Shown: positions 36,117 to 48,909, counted from the stretch's first letter. The stretch: 52,628 bases of DNA from Stegostoma tigrinum (GCF_030684315.1 NC_081398.1:6490385-6543012), one strand, 5' to 3'. Numbers and translations: made by a program. Notes: generated by a model not told the origin, from the letters alone.

Positions 36117-36988
36117 GTGTATATCTCCAGGCCTGAAAATAAGACATTTTTGACAGGTTGTGCTCCGAAACATTGGAAATTGGATCAAGCATAGGCTGCT
36201 CCTACTGTCAGGACATGGATCGCCCCATGACCCTTTATCTGCCACTCTCTCCGCCCCCGCGCCCATCACACTCAGTTCCTTTGTCTGCCGATAAAAACAC
36301 TTCCCATGTCTCAGGAATGGGCGCACAGCAAGATCCTACACACACCGACACGAACGCAAGCAGGTGTTTCTTCTGCGTGGGGATGTTGATCACAGATCGC
36401 ATCTTGGAACGTGCCAACTTTTACGGGCCATGCTGTCTCAGGACCTACATGCAGGTCTGACCAGGCCGAGAGGGGCGAGAATTGCCCGCAAGGGGGGCAT
36501 GCACGATGGGTAAACAACGGGGAAAATCTGAAGGATATCAAGACCCAACCCCTCTCGGATCTGGTTCATGGGGCAAGAAAATGGTTGGAAAGATGTTGCT
36601 TGCAATTGAAGGCAGTCAGATCAGCTACGATCACATTGACTGTTGGAGCAGAGGTGATTGGCTGAAGGGCCCAGTTCTCCTTCTGCATCTTATGGTAGTG
36701 TCCCAGGATTCCCTTAATTGGGAATGATCCAGGGTTTGAGGAAGTCCAGGTCTTATTTTCCATTCATTCACAGATGTGAGCATCAGTGGCTGGGCCCAGC
36801 ATTTATTACCCATCCCTAATTGCCCTGAGGGCAGTTAAGAGTTAAACCCATTGCTGTGGGTCTAGAGTCATGTGTGGGCCAGACTGGGTAAGGTTGGCAG
36901 ATTTCCTTCCCTAAACATCATTAGTGAACCAAATAGAATGTTCCCAAACACAGAAGGATTGGTTAGTAAGTTTGCAGCTGACTCTAAT

Positions 36989-37265
36989 GGGTGGCACAGT
37001 GGCTTAGTGGTTAGCACAGCCGCCTCACAGCGCCAGGGACCTGGGTTCAATTCTGCCCTCAGGTGGCTGTCTGTGTGGAGTTTGCACATCCTCCCCGTGT
37101 CTGCATAGGTTTCCTCCCACAGTCCAAAGATGTGCAGGAGAGGTGGGTTGGTCATGCTTAATTGCCCATAGTGTTCAGGGGCGTGTGGGTTATAGGGGTT
37201 GGGGTACTGTGTGGGTCTGTATAGACTTGTTGGGCCGAAGGACCTGTTTCCACACTGTAGGGATT
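36989..37265 (+). mobile_element. HE1-type V-SINE
   Basis: gggtggcacagtggcttagtggttagcac…ttccacactgtagggatt. Confidence 0.85.
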
Positions 37266-37299
37266 TTATCATACCAATAGTGGAGGTGCAGTAGACTTT

Positions 37300-39185
37300 G
37301 ATTGGGCGGCCAAGGAGTGGCACATGATGTTGAATTTAAGTAAATGTGAGATGCTGCGCACTGCTGAGGCAAACCAGGGCAAGATTTACACACTTAACAG
37401 TATGGTCCTGGGGAGTGTTGCCAAACAAAGAGACCTTGGAGTGCAGGTTCATGTTTCCTTAAAAGTGGAGTCACAGCAGACAGGGTGGTGATGAAGGAAT
37501 TTGGTACACACGCCCTTATTGGTCAGTGCATTGAGTGTAGGAGTTGGGAGGTCATGCTGCGGCTGTACAGGACACTAGTGAGGCCACTTTTGGAATACTG
37601 CATTCAATTCTGGTCTCCCTGCTATCGCAAGGATGTCGTTAAACTTGAAACTGTGCAGAAAAGATCTACAAGGATGTTGCCGGGATGGAAGGTTTTGGCA
37701 TGCAGAGAGAGGATGAATAGGCTGGATCTATTTTCCCTGGAGCGCCGGAGGCCGAGGGATTATGAAGGGCACAAATAGAGTGAATAACCAAGGTTTTTCC
37801 CCCTGGGTAGGGGAGTCCCAAAGTAGAGGGGCAAAGGTTTAAGGTGAGAGGGGAAAGATTTAAAAGGGACCTATGGGGGAACTTTTTCACACAGAGGGTG
37901 GTGCGTGTATGGAGAGAGCTACCAGAAGGGGTGGTGGAGGCTGGTACAGTTCCAACATTTAAAAGGCACCTGGACAGGAAGGGATTAGAGGGATACAGAC
38001 CAAATAGGGCTAAATAAATTTAGGATATCTGGTCAGCATGGACGAGGTGGACTGACGGGTCTATTTCCATGCTGTACATCTCTATGACTCTAACAATTGT
38101 TAGTGGTTATCTTTGAACTCTTAATTCCAGAGATTTTTTTTTAATTGAATTCAAATTCTACCATCTGCTGTGGCAGGATTTGAACCCAGGACCGCAGAAC
38201 ACTAGCTGTATCTTTGGATTAATAAGTCTCGACAATACCACTCAGCCATCATTGCAGGGAACAGTTGAGGGCTCTGGATCAGTACTTGATGGAGTTTGGG
38301 AGAATAGGGAGCGGGTATCTGATTGAAACCTACAGGATACCAAGAGGCCTGGATAGAGTTGATGTGGAGAAGATGTGTCCATTAGTACATAGAGACGAGG
38401 ACCCAAGGACCGCACTTGGAATACTGCGTCCAGTTCTGGGCGCCCTATTATAGGAAAGATGTGGATGCTTTGGAGAGGGTTCAGAGGAGGTTTACCAGGA
38501 TGCTGCCTGGACTGGAGGGCTTATCTTATGAAGAGAGGTTGACTGAGCTCGGTCTCTTTTCATTGGAGAAAAGGAGGAGGAGAGGGGGCCTAATTGAGGT
38601 ATACAAGATAATGAGAGGCATAGATAGAGTTGATAGCCAGAGACTATTTCCCAGGGCAGAAATGGCTAGCACGAGGGGTCATAGTTTTAAGCTGGTTGGT
38701 GGAAAGTATCGAGGGGATGTCAGAGGCAGGTTCTTTACGCAGAGAGTTGTAAGAGCATGGAATGCGTTGCCAGCAGCAGTTGTGGAAGCAAGGTCATTGG
38801 GGTCATTTAAGAGACTGCTGGACATGTATATGGTCACAGAAATTTGAGGATCAATGGTCGGCACAACATTGTGGGCTGAAGGGCCTGTTCTGTGCTGTAC
38901 TGTTCTATGTTCTATGTTCTAAGGACAGCCTCAGAGTGAAGGGATGAACTGAGGTGAGGAGGAATTTCTTCAGCCAAAAGTGGGGGGGGGTCGTGTGGAG
39001 CTCATTGCCACAGACAGCTATAGTGGCCAAGTCATTGAGTGTCTTTAAGACGGAGAGATAGGTTCTTGATTAGTGCAGGGGTCAAGGGTTACAGGGAGAA
39101 GGGATCGAGAAACATATCAGCCATGACGGAATAGTAGAGCAGACCTGATGGGCTGAATGGCCTAATTCTGCTCCTATATCTTATG
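37300..39185 (+). mobile_element. Cluster of CR1 3' fragments, including a younger copy (about 38410-38920) nested in an older one
   Basis: ORFs 37485-37778 and 38416-38847. (ttctatg)n tail at about 38900-38920. aaggac flanks the nested copy. Confidence 0.8.
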
Positions 39186-39639
39186 GTCTCCCACCCCAAA
39201 GTGGCACACTGGAGAAACTGGGACCTGTTGCTGGGGAGAAGACAAGTGACCAAGAATTTAGACCAACGGCCAACAGGCAGGGCACAGGCAGTATCTAGGA
39301 AGAGCAGACCCAGAGAAACCGTTCACACTGCAGGGAGGATTAAGAACCAGAGGCCACAATATTTATGAGGAAGGCAAAGCAGAAGTTACAAAAGGCTAAA
39401 ACCTCACCGTGCATAGGGATAGGATATGAATGGCCTCAAAGTGTGGCCGGGCAGGATGCTTTCAGTCGGGGGGGTGGAGACTTGCTTGAGGACACAGCGC
39501 TCCAGGAAAAGGGCAAGGGTGAATTTAGAGTCAGCTAATCTGGACAGGACAGGTCAAAAGACCTCCATCAGTACAAAGAACATCAGACCCTTTGGCCCAG
39601 CAAGCCTGTGCTAAAACTTGACACCTTATTTGAATCATT

Positions 39640-40240
39640 GAGTCATACAAGAGAGGAAGCAGACCCTTCATTCCAATCAGTCCGTGCCAACCGTAATCCC
39701 AAACTAAACTAGTCCCACCTGCCTGCTCCTGGCTCCTATCCCTCCAAACCTTTCGTATTCATGTAATTGTCCAAATGTCTTTCAAATGTTGTAACTGTAC
39801 CCACATCCATCACTTCCTCAGAAAGTTCATTCCACACCCGAACCACCCTCTGCGTAAAACATTTGCCCCCATGTCTTTTTTAAATGTCTGTCCTCTCATC
39901 ATAAGAATGTACCCGCCCCAGACTTGAAATACCCCACTCTAGGGAAAAGGTTACCTTATCTATAGCTCTCATTATTTCATAAACCTCGATAAGGTCACCT
40001 CTCACCCTCCTACGCTCCAGTGCAAAGAGTGCCAGCCTATCCATTTTCTCATTATAACTCAAACGCTCCATTCCTGGCAACGTTCTGGTAAATGTCTTCT
40101 GAATCCGCTCCGGTTTAATCACTTCCTTCCCACAACATGGTGACCAGAACTGGACACAGTACTCCAAAAGAGGCCTCATGCGACCAAAATTTCAAAGGAT
40201 TATGTCCCTGAACCCCTAGGTCCCTCTGTTCTACAGCACG
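39640..40240 (-). mobile_element. CR1 3' fragment
   Basis: RPLLEYCVQFWSP (ORF 39880-40179). Confidence 0.8.
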
Positions 40241-41211
40241 GCCCAAGGCTTAATTTGTAAACTGAAAACTTTTTGCTTCATTACCACTTTGTTCATACAT
40301 CTGTAAAAATACGTTTTTCATTCATTCATGGAATGAGGGCATTTGCTAGCTAGCCCAGCATTTATTGCCTATCCCTAATTGCCCCAGAGTACAGTTCACA
40401 ATCGACCACATTGCTGTGGGATTGGAGTCACATGTAGGCTAGACCAGGTAAGGATGGCAGTTTCCTTCCCTGAAGGGCACTGTAGTGAACCAGATGGGGT
40501 ATTTTTTTGAACAATGGATTCATGGTCATCATTAGTTTCAATTTTTTAATTACCAGTTTTGTTTCAATTGAATTCAAATTCCATCATCAACCCCCCGGGT
40601 TTCTCAAAACATTCGCTGTGATTAAACAGTCCGGCCAGAACTGGGCCGTCGCCTCCCCCAGCTGCCTCTGAAATGTTAAGTCTGTCTTCGCCGCCTCCTC
40701 TGGCAGTACGTGACCGAAGGTTATAAAAGCAGAGATCTCCGTTCTGCTCTGAACCCAAGCCTTTCCCATGCGGAGATTAAAACTGCATGAGGTGAGAACA
40801 AGGTGCTCTGCAAGGTAGTCTCTCGCCTCCGAGTTACAAACGATCCTTTCAAGGCACAAAGCTTGTGAGCCCCGAGATACAGCGGATTTCTGCGTTAATA
40901 ATTACTGAAGAAGAGACAGAGAGTGTTTCCCCTCCGTATAACAGAACTGCTCTAGCAGCAGACATTAATCTTTGTCTCCATTATGTGTGTGTGTGTTCAG
41001 TCACTTGATTCACTCGGCCATCACCCCCTCCACCTCCCCACGATACGCTCATTATCCATCCACCGTTAACTGTTGCATCGCTGTTGTCGATCGAGGTTAA
41101 TTTATCCTCTCAGACGCCCCAGCACAGATGCTTTTCCTCTTGCACAGTCTCTGATGATCGCCGTCCCAAAGCAGTTCGACAAAAGCAGAGACCACACTAA
41201 ACAGCACTTAC

Positions 41212-41330
41212 CACGAGGGCTGAGGCAGAGAGAAAAGGGCCGGAAATCTTGTACAGGATATGACTCAGAGCTAGCAGGTTGGAGAATCTCAGGATGTGAC
41301 TCATCTCTTTTGTTTTGCACCACTTCCTGC
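41212..41330 (-). promoter_or_regulatory. Candidate 5'-UTR first exon and promoter of gene A
   Basis: Consensus donor GTG|GTAAGT at 41212/41211 in a unique island. Nearby are two TGACTCA (AP-1) motifs (41261-41267 and about 41297-41303) and ETS-type cores (ccggaaat about 41240, acttcctg about 41322). The leader exon has a good acceptor, which implies an upstream exon. Confidence 0.4.
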
Positions 41331-42432
41331 TGTTCTTAACGTTGGTGACGAGGTGTAGAGCTGCATGAACGCCACATGCCAAGCAGCATCAGAGGAGCAG
41401 GAAAGCTGACGTTTCGCGCCGAGACCTTTCTCCAGAAAAAAAGGTTATCGTTGGACTGTTAAACCAGAGAATGTCAAAGAAACCTGGCTCTGAATCCTGC
41501 TACGGCAGATGGAGGAATTTGAATGCATTTAACAAAAAAAAAACGGGTAATTAAGAGTCTAATGATGACCGTAAGCCCATTCTTGGAAAAACCCATCTGG
41601 CTCACTATTAACTAAAAACCAAAAGAACTGAAGATGTCGTAAATCAGGAACAAAGTTGCTTGACAAATTCAGCGATAGTAGGAACAGCAGATGCTGGAGA
41701 ATCTGAGATAACAAGGCGTATCTTCTCTTTTATTCATCTTCTATCCACCTCTCCCTATTTATTTCAGAACCCCCCCTTCCCCTCCCCCATTTCTAAAGAA
41801 GGGTCGAGGCCCGAAACATCAGCTTTCCTGCTCCTCTGAAGCTGCTTGGCCTGCTGTGTTCATCCAGCTCTACAACGTGTTATCTCTTATGCTGGAAAAG
41901 CTCAGCAGGTCTTGTAGCATCTGTGGAGGAGAAAACGGAGTTAACGTTTCGGGTCCGGTGACCATTCTGCTCGCAACAAAGGCCCTGAACTACCTGTTGC
42001 CTGCCACTTCAATGCCCTACCCTGCTCCCTGGCCAACATCTCTGTCTCTGGCTTGGTGCAGTGTTCCGGTGAAGCCCGACACAGGCTGGAGAAACAACAC
42101 CTCATTTTCCGCTTGGGGACCCTACAGCCCTCCGGACTCAATATTGAGTTCAATAATTTTAGGGCCTAAACTCTCCCATGTCCCAGCTCACCACCCCACA
42201 CACCAGGCCTTGTTACACACAGCCTGCCATTACACACCCCCTGTTGTTAGTCACTAACAGGCCCCATTAACAACTATTCACACCCCCCCAGTCTGATGGT
42301 CAGCAATTCCTTTGTTTGTTTGTCTTTCTCTCTCTTTGGGCTCTATCCTATCGTTTACTCCCTACCCCACCCACCTCCCTATTTTCTGCATATAAACTGA
42401 TGTTTTCCCAGCTACCATCAGTTTTGAGGAAG

Positions 42433-44713
42433 ATAGTATCAGAGATAATGGGAACTGCAGATGCTGGAGAATTCCAAGATAATAAAATGTGAGGCTGGAT
42501 GAACACAGCAGGCCAAGCAGCATCTCAGGAGCACAAAAGCTGACGTTTCGGGCCTAGACCCTTCATCAGAGAGGGGGATGGGGGGAGGGAACTGGAATAA
42601 ATAGGGAGAGAGGGGGAGGCGGACCGAAGATGGAGAGAAAAGAAGATAGGTGGAGAGGAGAGTATAGGTGGGGAGGTAGGGAGGGGATAGGTCAGTCCAG
42701 GGAAGACGGACAGGTCAAGGAGGTGGGATGAGGTTAGTAGGTAGCTGGGGGTGCGGCTTGGGGTGGGAGGAAGGGATGGGTGAGAGGAAGAACCGGTTAG
42801 GGAGGCAGAGACAGGTTGGACTGGTTTTGGGATGCAGTGGGTGGGGGGGAAGAGCTGGGCTGGTTGTGTGGGGCAGTGGGGGGAGGGGACAAACTGGGCT
42901 GGTTTAGGGATGCAGTAGGGGAAGGGGAGATTTTGAAACTGGTGAAGTCCACATTGATACCATATGGCTGCAGGGTTCCCAGGCGGAATATGAGTTGCTG
43001 TTCCTGCAACCTTCGGGTGGCATCATTGTGGCAGTGCAGGAGGCCCATGATGGACACATCATCTAGAGAATGGGAGGGGGAGTGGAAATGGTTTGCGACT
43101 GGGAGGTGCAGTTGTTTGTTGCGAACTGAGCGGAGGTGTTCTGCAAAGCGGTCCCCAAGCCTCCGCTTGGTTTCCCCAATGTAGAGGAAGCCGCACCGGG
43201 TACAGTGGATGCTGTATATCACATTGGCAGATGTGCAGGTGAATCTCTGCTTAATGTGGAATGTCATCTTGGGGCCTGGGATAGGGGTGAGGGAGGAGGT
43301 GTGGGGACAAGTGTAGCATTTTCTGCGGTTGCAGGGAAAGGTGCCGGGTGTGGTGGGGTTGGAGGGCAGTGTGGAGCGAACAAGGGAGTCACGGAGAGAG
43401 TCGTCTCTCTGGAAAGCAGACAGGGGTGGGGATGGAAAAATGTCTTGGGCTGTGGGGTCGGATTGTAAATGGCGGAAGTGTCGGAGGATGATGCGTTGTA
43501 TCCGGAGTTTGGTAGGGTGGTGTGTGAGAACGAGGGGGATCCTCTTAGGGCGGTTGTGGCGGGGGCGGGGTGTGAGGGATGTGTTGCGGGAAATACGGGA
43601 GACGCGGTCAAGGGCGTTCTCGATCACTGTGGGGGGAAAGTTGCGGTCCTTAAAGAACTTGGACATCTGGGATGTGCGGGAGTGGAATGTCTTATCGTGG
43701 GAGCAGATGCGGCGGAGGCAGAGGAATTGGGAATAGGGGATGGAATTTTTGCAGGAGGGTGGGTGGGAGGAGGTGTATTCCAGGTAGCTGTGGGAGTCGG
43801 TGGGCTTGAAATGGACATCAGTTACAAGCTGGTTGCCTGAGATGGAGACTGAGAGGTCCAGGAACGTGAGGGATGTGCTGGAGATGGCCCAGGTGAACTG
43901 AAGGTTGGGGTGGAAGGTGTTGGTGAAGTGGATGAACTGTTCGAGCTCCTCTGGGGAGCAAGAGGCGGCGCCGATACAGTCATCAATGTAACGGAGGAAG
44001 AGGTGGGGTTTGGGGCCTGTGTAGGTGCGGAAGAGGGACTGTTCCACGTAACCTACAAAGAGGCAGGCATAGCTGGGGCCCATGCGGGTGCCCATGGCCA
44101 CCCCCTTAGTCTGTAGGAAGTGGGAGGAGTCAAAAGAGAAGTTGTTGAGTGTGAGGACGAGTTCAGCTAGGCGGATGAGAGTGTCGGTGGAGGGGGCCTG
44201 GTCGGGCCTGCGGGACAGGAAGAAGCGGAGGGCCTTGAGGCCATCTCCATGCGGAATGCAGGTGTACAGGGACTGGACGTCCATGGTGAATATGAGGTGT
44301 TGGGGGCCAGGGAATTGGAAGTCCTGGAGGAGGTGGAGGGCGTGGGTGGTGTCACGGACGTAGGTGGGGAGTTCCTGGACCAAAGGGGAGAAGATGGAGT
44401 CCAGATAGGTGGAGATGAGTTCGGTGGGGCAGGAGCAGGCTGAGACGATGGGTCGACCAGGGCAGGTAGGTTTGTGGATTTTGGGAAGGAGATAGAAACG
44501 GGCCGTGCGGGGTTGGGGAACAATGAGGTTGGAGGCTGTGGGTGGGAGGTCCCCTGAGGTAATGAGGTCGTGAATGGTGTTGGAGATGATGGTTTGGTGC
44601 TCGGGTGTGGGGTCATGATCAAGGGGGCGGTAGGAGGTGGTGTCGGAGAGTTGGCGTCTGGCCTCGGCAATGTAGAGGTCAGTGCGCCATATTACCACTG
44701 CGCCACCCTTGTC
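42433..44713 (-). mobile_element. Young 5'-truncated Penelope-like element (RT + GIY-YIG endonuclease)
   Basis: Uninterrupted ORF ending at 42797 with DKGG, LLPKIHK, GVAMGT, RYIDD and VIY…YIGET. Terminal repeat with a hammerhead motif. 9-bp TSD TTGAGGAAG at 42424-42432 and 44714-44722. Confidence 0.93.
42542..42569 (-). ncRNA. Minimal type-I hammerhead ribozyme motif in the PLE terminal repeat
   Basis: CUGAUGA-A-GGGU(CUAG)GCCC-GAAAC-GUC: intact catalytic core, stem II, and palindromic ACGU at stem III, as in PLE minimal hammerheads. Confidence 0.75.
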
Positions 44714-44899
44714 TTGAGGAAGGGTCACTGGACCCGAAACCTTAACTCTGTTTTCTCCTCCACAGGTGCTGAGCTTTTTCAGCTTTGTTCCTGATTTACA
44801 TCATCTGTAGTTCTTTATTATTTAACTCATTGCCACATCTCTTCCAGGCATGCCCACCTTGAAGTCCTGCTCCTCTCTCCGTCAGGATTTCCATTCCAA

Positions 44900-47715
44900 T
44901 CTGTCTTCTTGCCCACCGACTTTAATTTCACTGTCATGCCTGGCGTTGGACCAGGTATTTGCTAAAACTCGTTCCTCAGTGATTGCCTCCGGCTCAGGCT
45001 CACCCCACGTGGATTCCAACTGAATTTTCATCCCTCATGTTTTGAATCCTCCCAGGATCACAGATCTCTCCGTGACGTTCAACGTTCCTCACTCTCAACC
45101 CTTCTCTCCCAACAGCATCATAACACATTGGCTAAGGGCTACGCCACTCCGCAGTTCCACTTCATCCTCCGGCTCATTCGTTGTGCTAACAAGGAACTTT
45201 GTCTTCCCCTTTCAGGCATCACAAGATGCACCAACTCAAAAATACCCATGGCCCTCTGGAAACTACCTCTCCTCCCCTTCCCTCTGACTCTATCCCCTCC
45301 CACAACAACCCCCATCTGCTATCGGATATTCACCATCCCTTCTCACTTTCCGCTCTCCGATGTTGAACACTCTGTACTGAGCAAAGGCCTCAGCTTTATC
45401 CCTGTGAATCCTCACCTTAACCAGTTTCAGGCGTGACGCCAAACTGTTCTTCTGCATTCTTCACCTCCGTACTCATTTCTTTGGACAGGAGTCCTCTCCC
45501 CGTCCCTCACACTCCTTTGCCCATCGACTCTCCCTCCACCTGCACCCCTCCCTCCAGCCTTTTCCCTGACTTTGCCATCAAGCCTGCCGATAAGGGTGGC
45601 GCTGTTGTAGTCTGGCATACTGACCTCTACCTTGCAGAGGCTGAGTGTCAGCTCTCGGATACGTCCTCCTACCTTCCCCAGACCATGACCCCACTATGGT
45701 ACATCAGGCCATTGTATCCACTACGGTTACAGATCTCATTTCATCCATTGATTCCCCCCTCCCAACCCCACTTCCAAGCTAATAGTCCCCCCAACCCCAC
45801 ACAGCTCATTTCTACCTCCTGCCAAAAATCCACAAACAGGACTGTCCGGGCAGACGCATTGTTTCAGCCTGCTCATGCCCCACCGAACTCATCTCTTCCT
45901 ACCTTGACTCAGTCTTCCCTCCCCGGTCCAATCCCTACCCACTACATCCATGATTCATCTGACGCCTTACACCGGTTTCAAAGCTTCCAGTTTGCCAGCT
46001 GCACCCACCTCCTCTTTACCATGAATGTGCAATCCCTTTACACACCCGTTCCCCACCAGACTGGTCTTAGGGCTTTCCACTGCTTCCTCGAGCAAAGACC
46101 TGAACCATCCCCACCCAACACCACCCTCCTCCACTTGGCTGATCTCGTCCTCACCCTCAACTTCCCTTTTAACTCATCGCTTTTTCTTCAGGTAGGAGGG
46201 GTGGCCATGGATACCCGCATGGGCCCTAGTTATGCCTGTCTCTTTGTGGGGCATTGTTCTAGGCCTGTTCCAGCCCCCACTCACAACTTTTTCTCCGATA
46301 CATTGATGATATCATGAGTGCTGTTTCCCTGTCTCATCTGAAATTGAAAAACTCCATCAATTTCGCCTCCAATTTGCTCCCTGCCCTCACTTTCACCTGG
46401 TCTATCTCTGGATCCTCCCTTCCCTTCCTCAACATTTGTGTTTCCATTTCTAGGGATATACTGGCCGCTAATATCCATGACAAACCCACTGACTCCCACA
46501 GCTACCTGGACTATACATCCTCACATCCCCACTTCCTGTAAAGACTCCATCCCATTCTCTCAGTTCCTCTGTCTACATCGCATATGTTCAGATGAGACCA
46601 ACTTCAACAAGGGAGCCTCTGAAATGTCCACTTTCTTCCTCAACTGAAGATTCACCAGCTCCATTGTCGACAGGGCCCTCAACCAGGTCCGACCCATCTC
46701 CCGCACTTCCACCCTCACCCCTTCTCTTCCCTCCCGCAACAGCGATAGGGTTCCCCTTATCCTCACCCACCATCCCACCAGCATCCACATCTAGAAGATC
46801 GTCAGTCACCATTTCCGCCACCTCCAGCAAGGTGCCACCACCAGACACATATTCCTCTCCCCTCCTTTGTGCGCCATCCGCAGGGACCGTTCCCTCCGGG
46901 ACACCTGGGTCCGCACTGTCTTCACCCCCAACACCACCCGCAGCCCTATGACACCTTCCCCTGTAACCGGCGAAGGTGCAACACCTGCCCCTTTACCTCC
47001 TCCCTCCCCAGTATCTAAGGACCCAAACATACCTACCAGATGAAGCAACACTTCACCTGCACTTCCCAGAATCTAGCCTACTGCATTCGCTGCTCACAGT
47101 GTGGTCTCCTTTACATTGGGGAAATGAAGCCTAGACTTGGTGACCGCTTCGCAGAACATCTACATTCTGCTCGCAAAAAAGACCCTGAACTACCTGTTGC
47201 CTGCCACTTTAACACACCACCCTGCTTCCTGGCCAACATCTCTGTCTCTGGCTTGCTGCAGTGTTCCAGTGAAGCCCAACACAGGCTGGATGAACAACAC
47301 CTCATTTTCCGCTTGGGGACCCTACAGCCCTCCGGACTCAATATTGAGTTCAATGATTTTAGGGCCTAAGCTCCCCCATGTCCCAGCTCACCACCCCACA
47401 CACCAGGCCTTGTTACCACAGCCTGCCATTACACACCCTCCGTTGTTAGTCACTAACAGTCCCCATTAGCAACTACTGACCGCACCCCCCGCTCCCGCCA
47501 GCCTGATCGTTAGCAACTCCTTATTCTGTCCAACTGTCTTTCTCTCTCTTTGGGCTCTATCATATCATTTACTCCCTACCCCACCCACCTCTCGATTTTC
47601 TGCATATCAACTGACGTTTACCCAAGGGTCACTGGACCCGAAATGTTAACTCTGTTTTCCCTTCACAGATTCTGCCAGACCTGCTGAGCTTTTCCAGCAA
47701 CATTGGTTTTGTTCC
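44900..47715 (+). mobile_element. Decayed near-full-length Penelope-like element
   Basis: Frameshifted pieces LSKGLSFIP, KPADKGGAVVVW, GVAMDTRMGPSYA, KPTDSHSYLDY and GIY-YIG (LAYCIRC…YIGE, ORF 47040-47369), plus 3' terminal repeat. Confidence 0.88.
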
Positions 47716-48354
47716 ATTTGGTTCACTAACGTCCTTCAGTGAAGGAAACCGCCATCCTTACCTGGTCTGGCCTACGTCTGACTCCAGACTAACAGCAATG
47801 TGGTTGACTCTGCACTGCCCTCTGGGCAATTAGGCATGTGCAATAAATGCTGCCTGGCCAGCGATGCCCTTATCCCATGAATAAATAAAAATAAATCTTT
47901 ATTATGTGAATAAAGTGATATTTAGGCAAAAGGTTTTCAGTTTACAAGCAAAGCCTCGGATAGTCACATATAATGTGGAAGTGTCAGTGTTGGACTGGGG
48001 TGCACAAGGTCAGAAATAACACGACACCAGCTTATAGTCCAACAGGGATATTTGAAAATACAAGCTGTCAGAGCTTCCTTCCTTCTTCAGGTGTTAGTGA
48101 GAGAGGTGGTATTAGGCACAGAATTCATAAGCACAAGATCAAGGTTCACACCACTGAGGAAGAGGTATCAAACAAACCTAAAATGCAGTTAAATCTTTAG
48201 TCAGTTGGAAGGTTTTCATTGATTAATATGTATATATACATCCTCGAATTCCTTTCAAGTCACTGCCCCGAGAGAACTAAATGTTTTCTCGGTGTAAAGA
48301 GGTGGTGACGTTTTCAGTCAGACAATGCATGTTAGCTGTTTTGGTTTGGAGTCG

Positions 48355-48515
48355 TGTGATAATGGGAAGTGCAGATGCTGGAGAATCCAAGATAATAAAA
48401 TGTGAGGCTGGATGAACACAGCAGGCCCAGCAGCATCTCAGGAGCACAAAAGCTGACGTTTCGGGCCTAGACCTGCTGGGCCTGCTATGTTCATCCAGCC
48501 TCACATTTTATTATC
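48355..48515. mobile_element. Short fold-back PLE terminal insertion
   Basis: 14-bp TSD TTGGTTTGGAGTCG at 48341-48354 and 48516-48529. Confidence 0.8.
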
Positions 48516-48598
48516 TTGGTTTGGAGTCGGACTGGTTTTGATTCTAAAGTAGGAAGTTATAAAACACCACATTTACCCCATAGCTTTATATGAGTGTG

Positions 48599-48753
48599 NN
48601 NNNNNNNNNNNNNNNNNNNNNNNNNNNNNNNNNNNNNNNNNNNNNNNNNNNNNNNNNNNNNNNNNNNNNNNNNNNNNNNNNNNNNNNNNNNNNNNNNNNN
48701 NNNNNNNNNNNNNNNNNNNNNNNNNNNNNNNNNNNNNNNNNNNNNNNNNNNNN
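48599..48753. other. Assembly gap (155 N)
   Basis: Run of N. Confidence 1.
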
Positions 48754-48909
48754 GGAGAGTGTTTCTGTGGAGGGGAGTGAGTGAGTGCGTGTATGTGTGT
48801 GAGAGAGGGGGGTTTATTCTGATATGCGATTGGACAACAAAGGCATGTAAGGACCAAGTGCAGACTCAGTGGGCTGAAGGTCTCTTTTCTGTGCTTTGGA
48901 GTCAATGAA

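Larger units (their letters stand above)
41880..44810 (+). mobile_element. Older PLE 3' fragment that hosts the young PLE
   Basis: GIY-YIG tail (…IFRLGTLQPSGLNIEF) and 3'UTR at about 41960-42432. The sequence resumes at 44714 with ggaagggtcactggacccgaaac. Confidence 0.75.
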
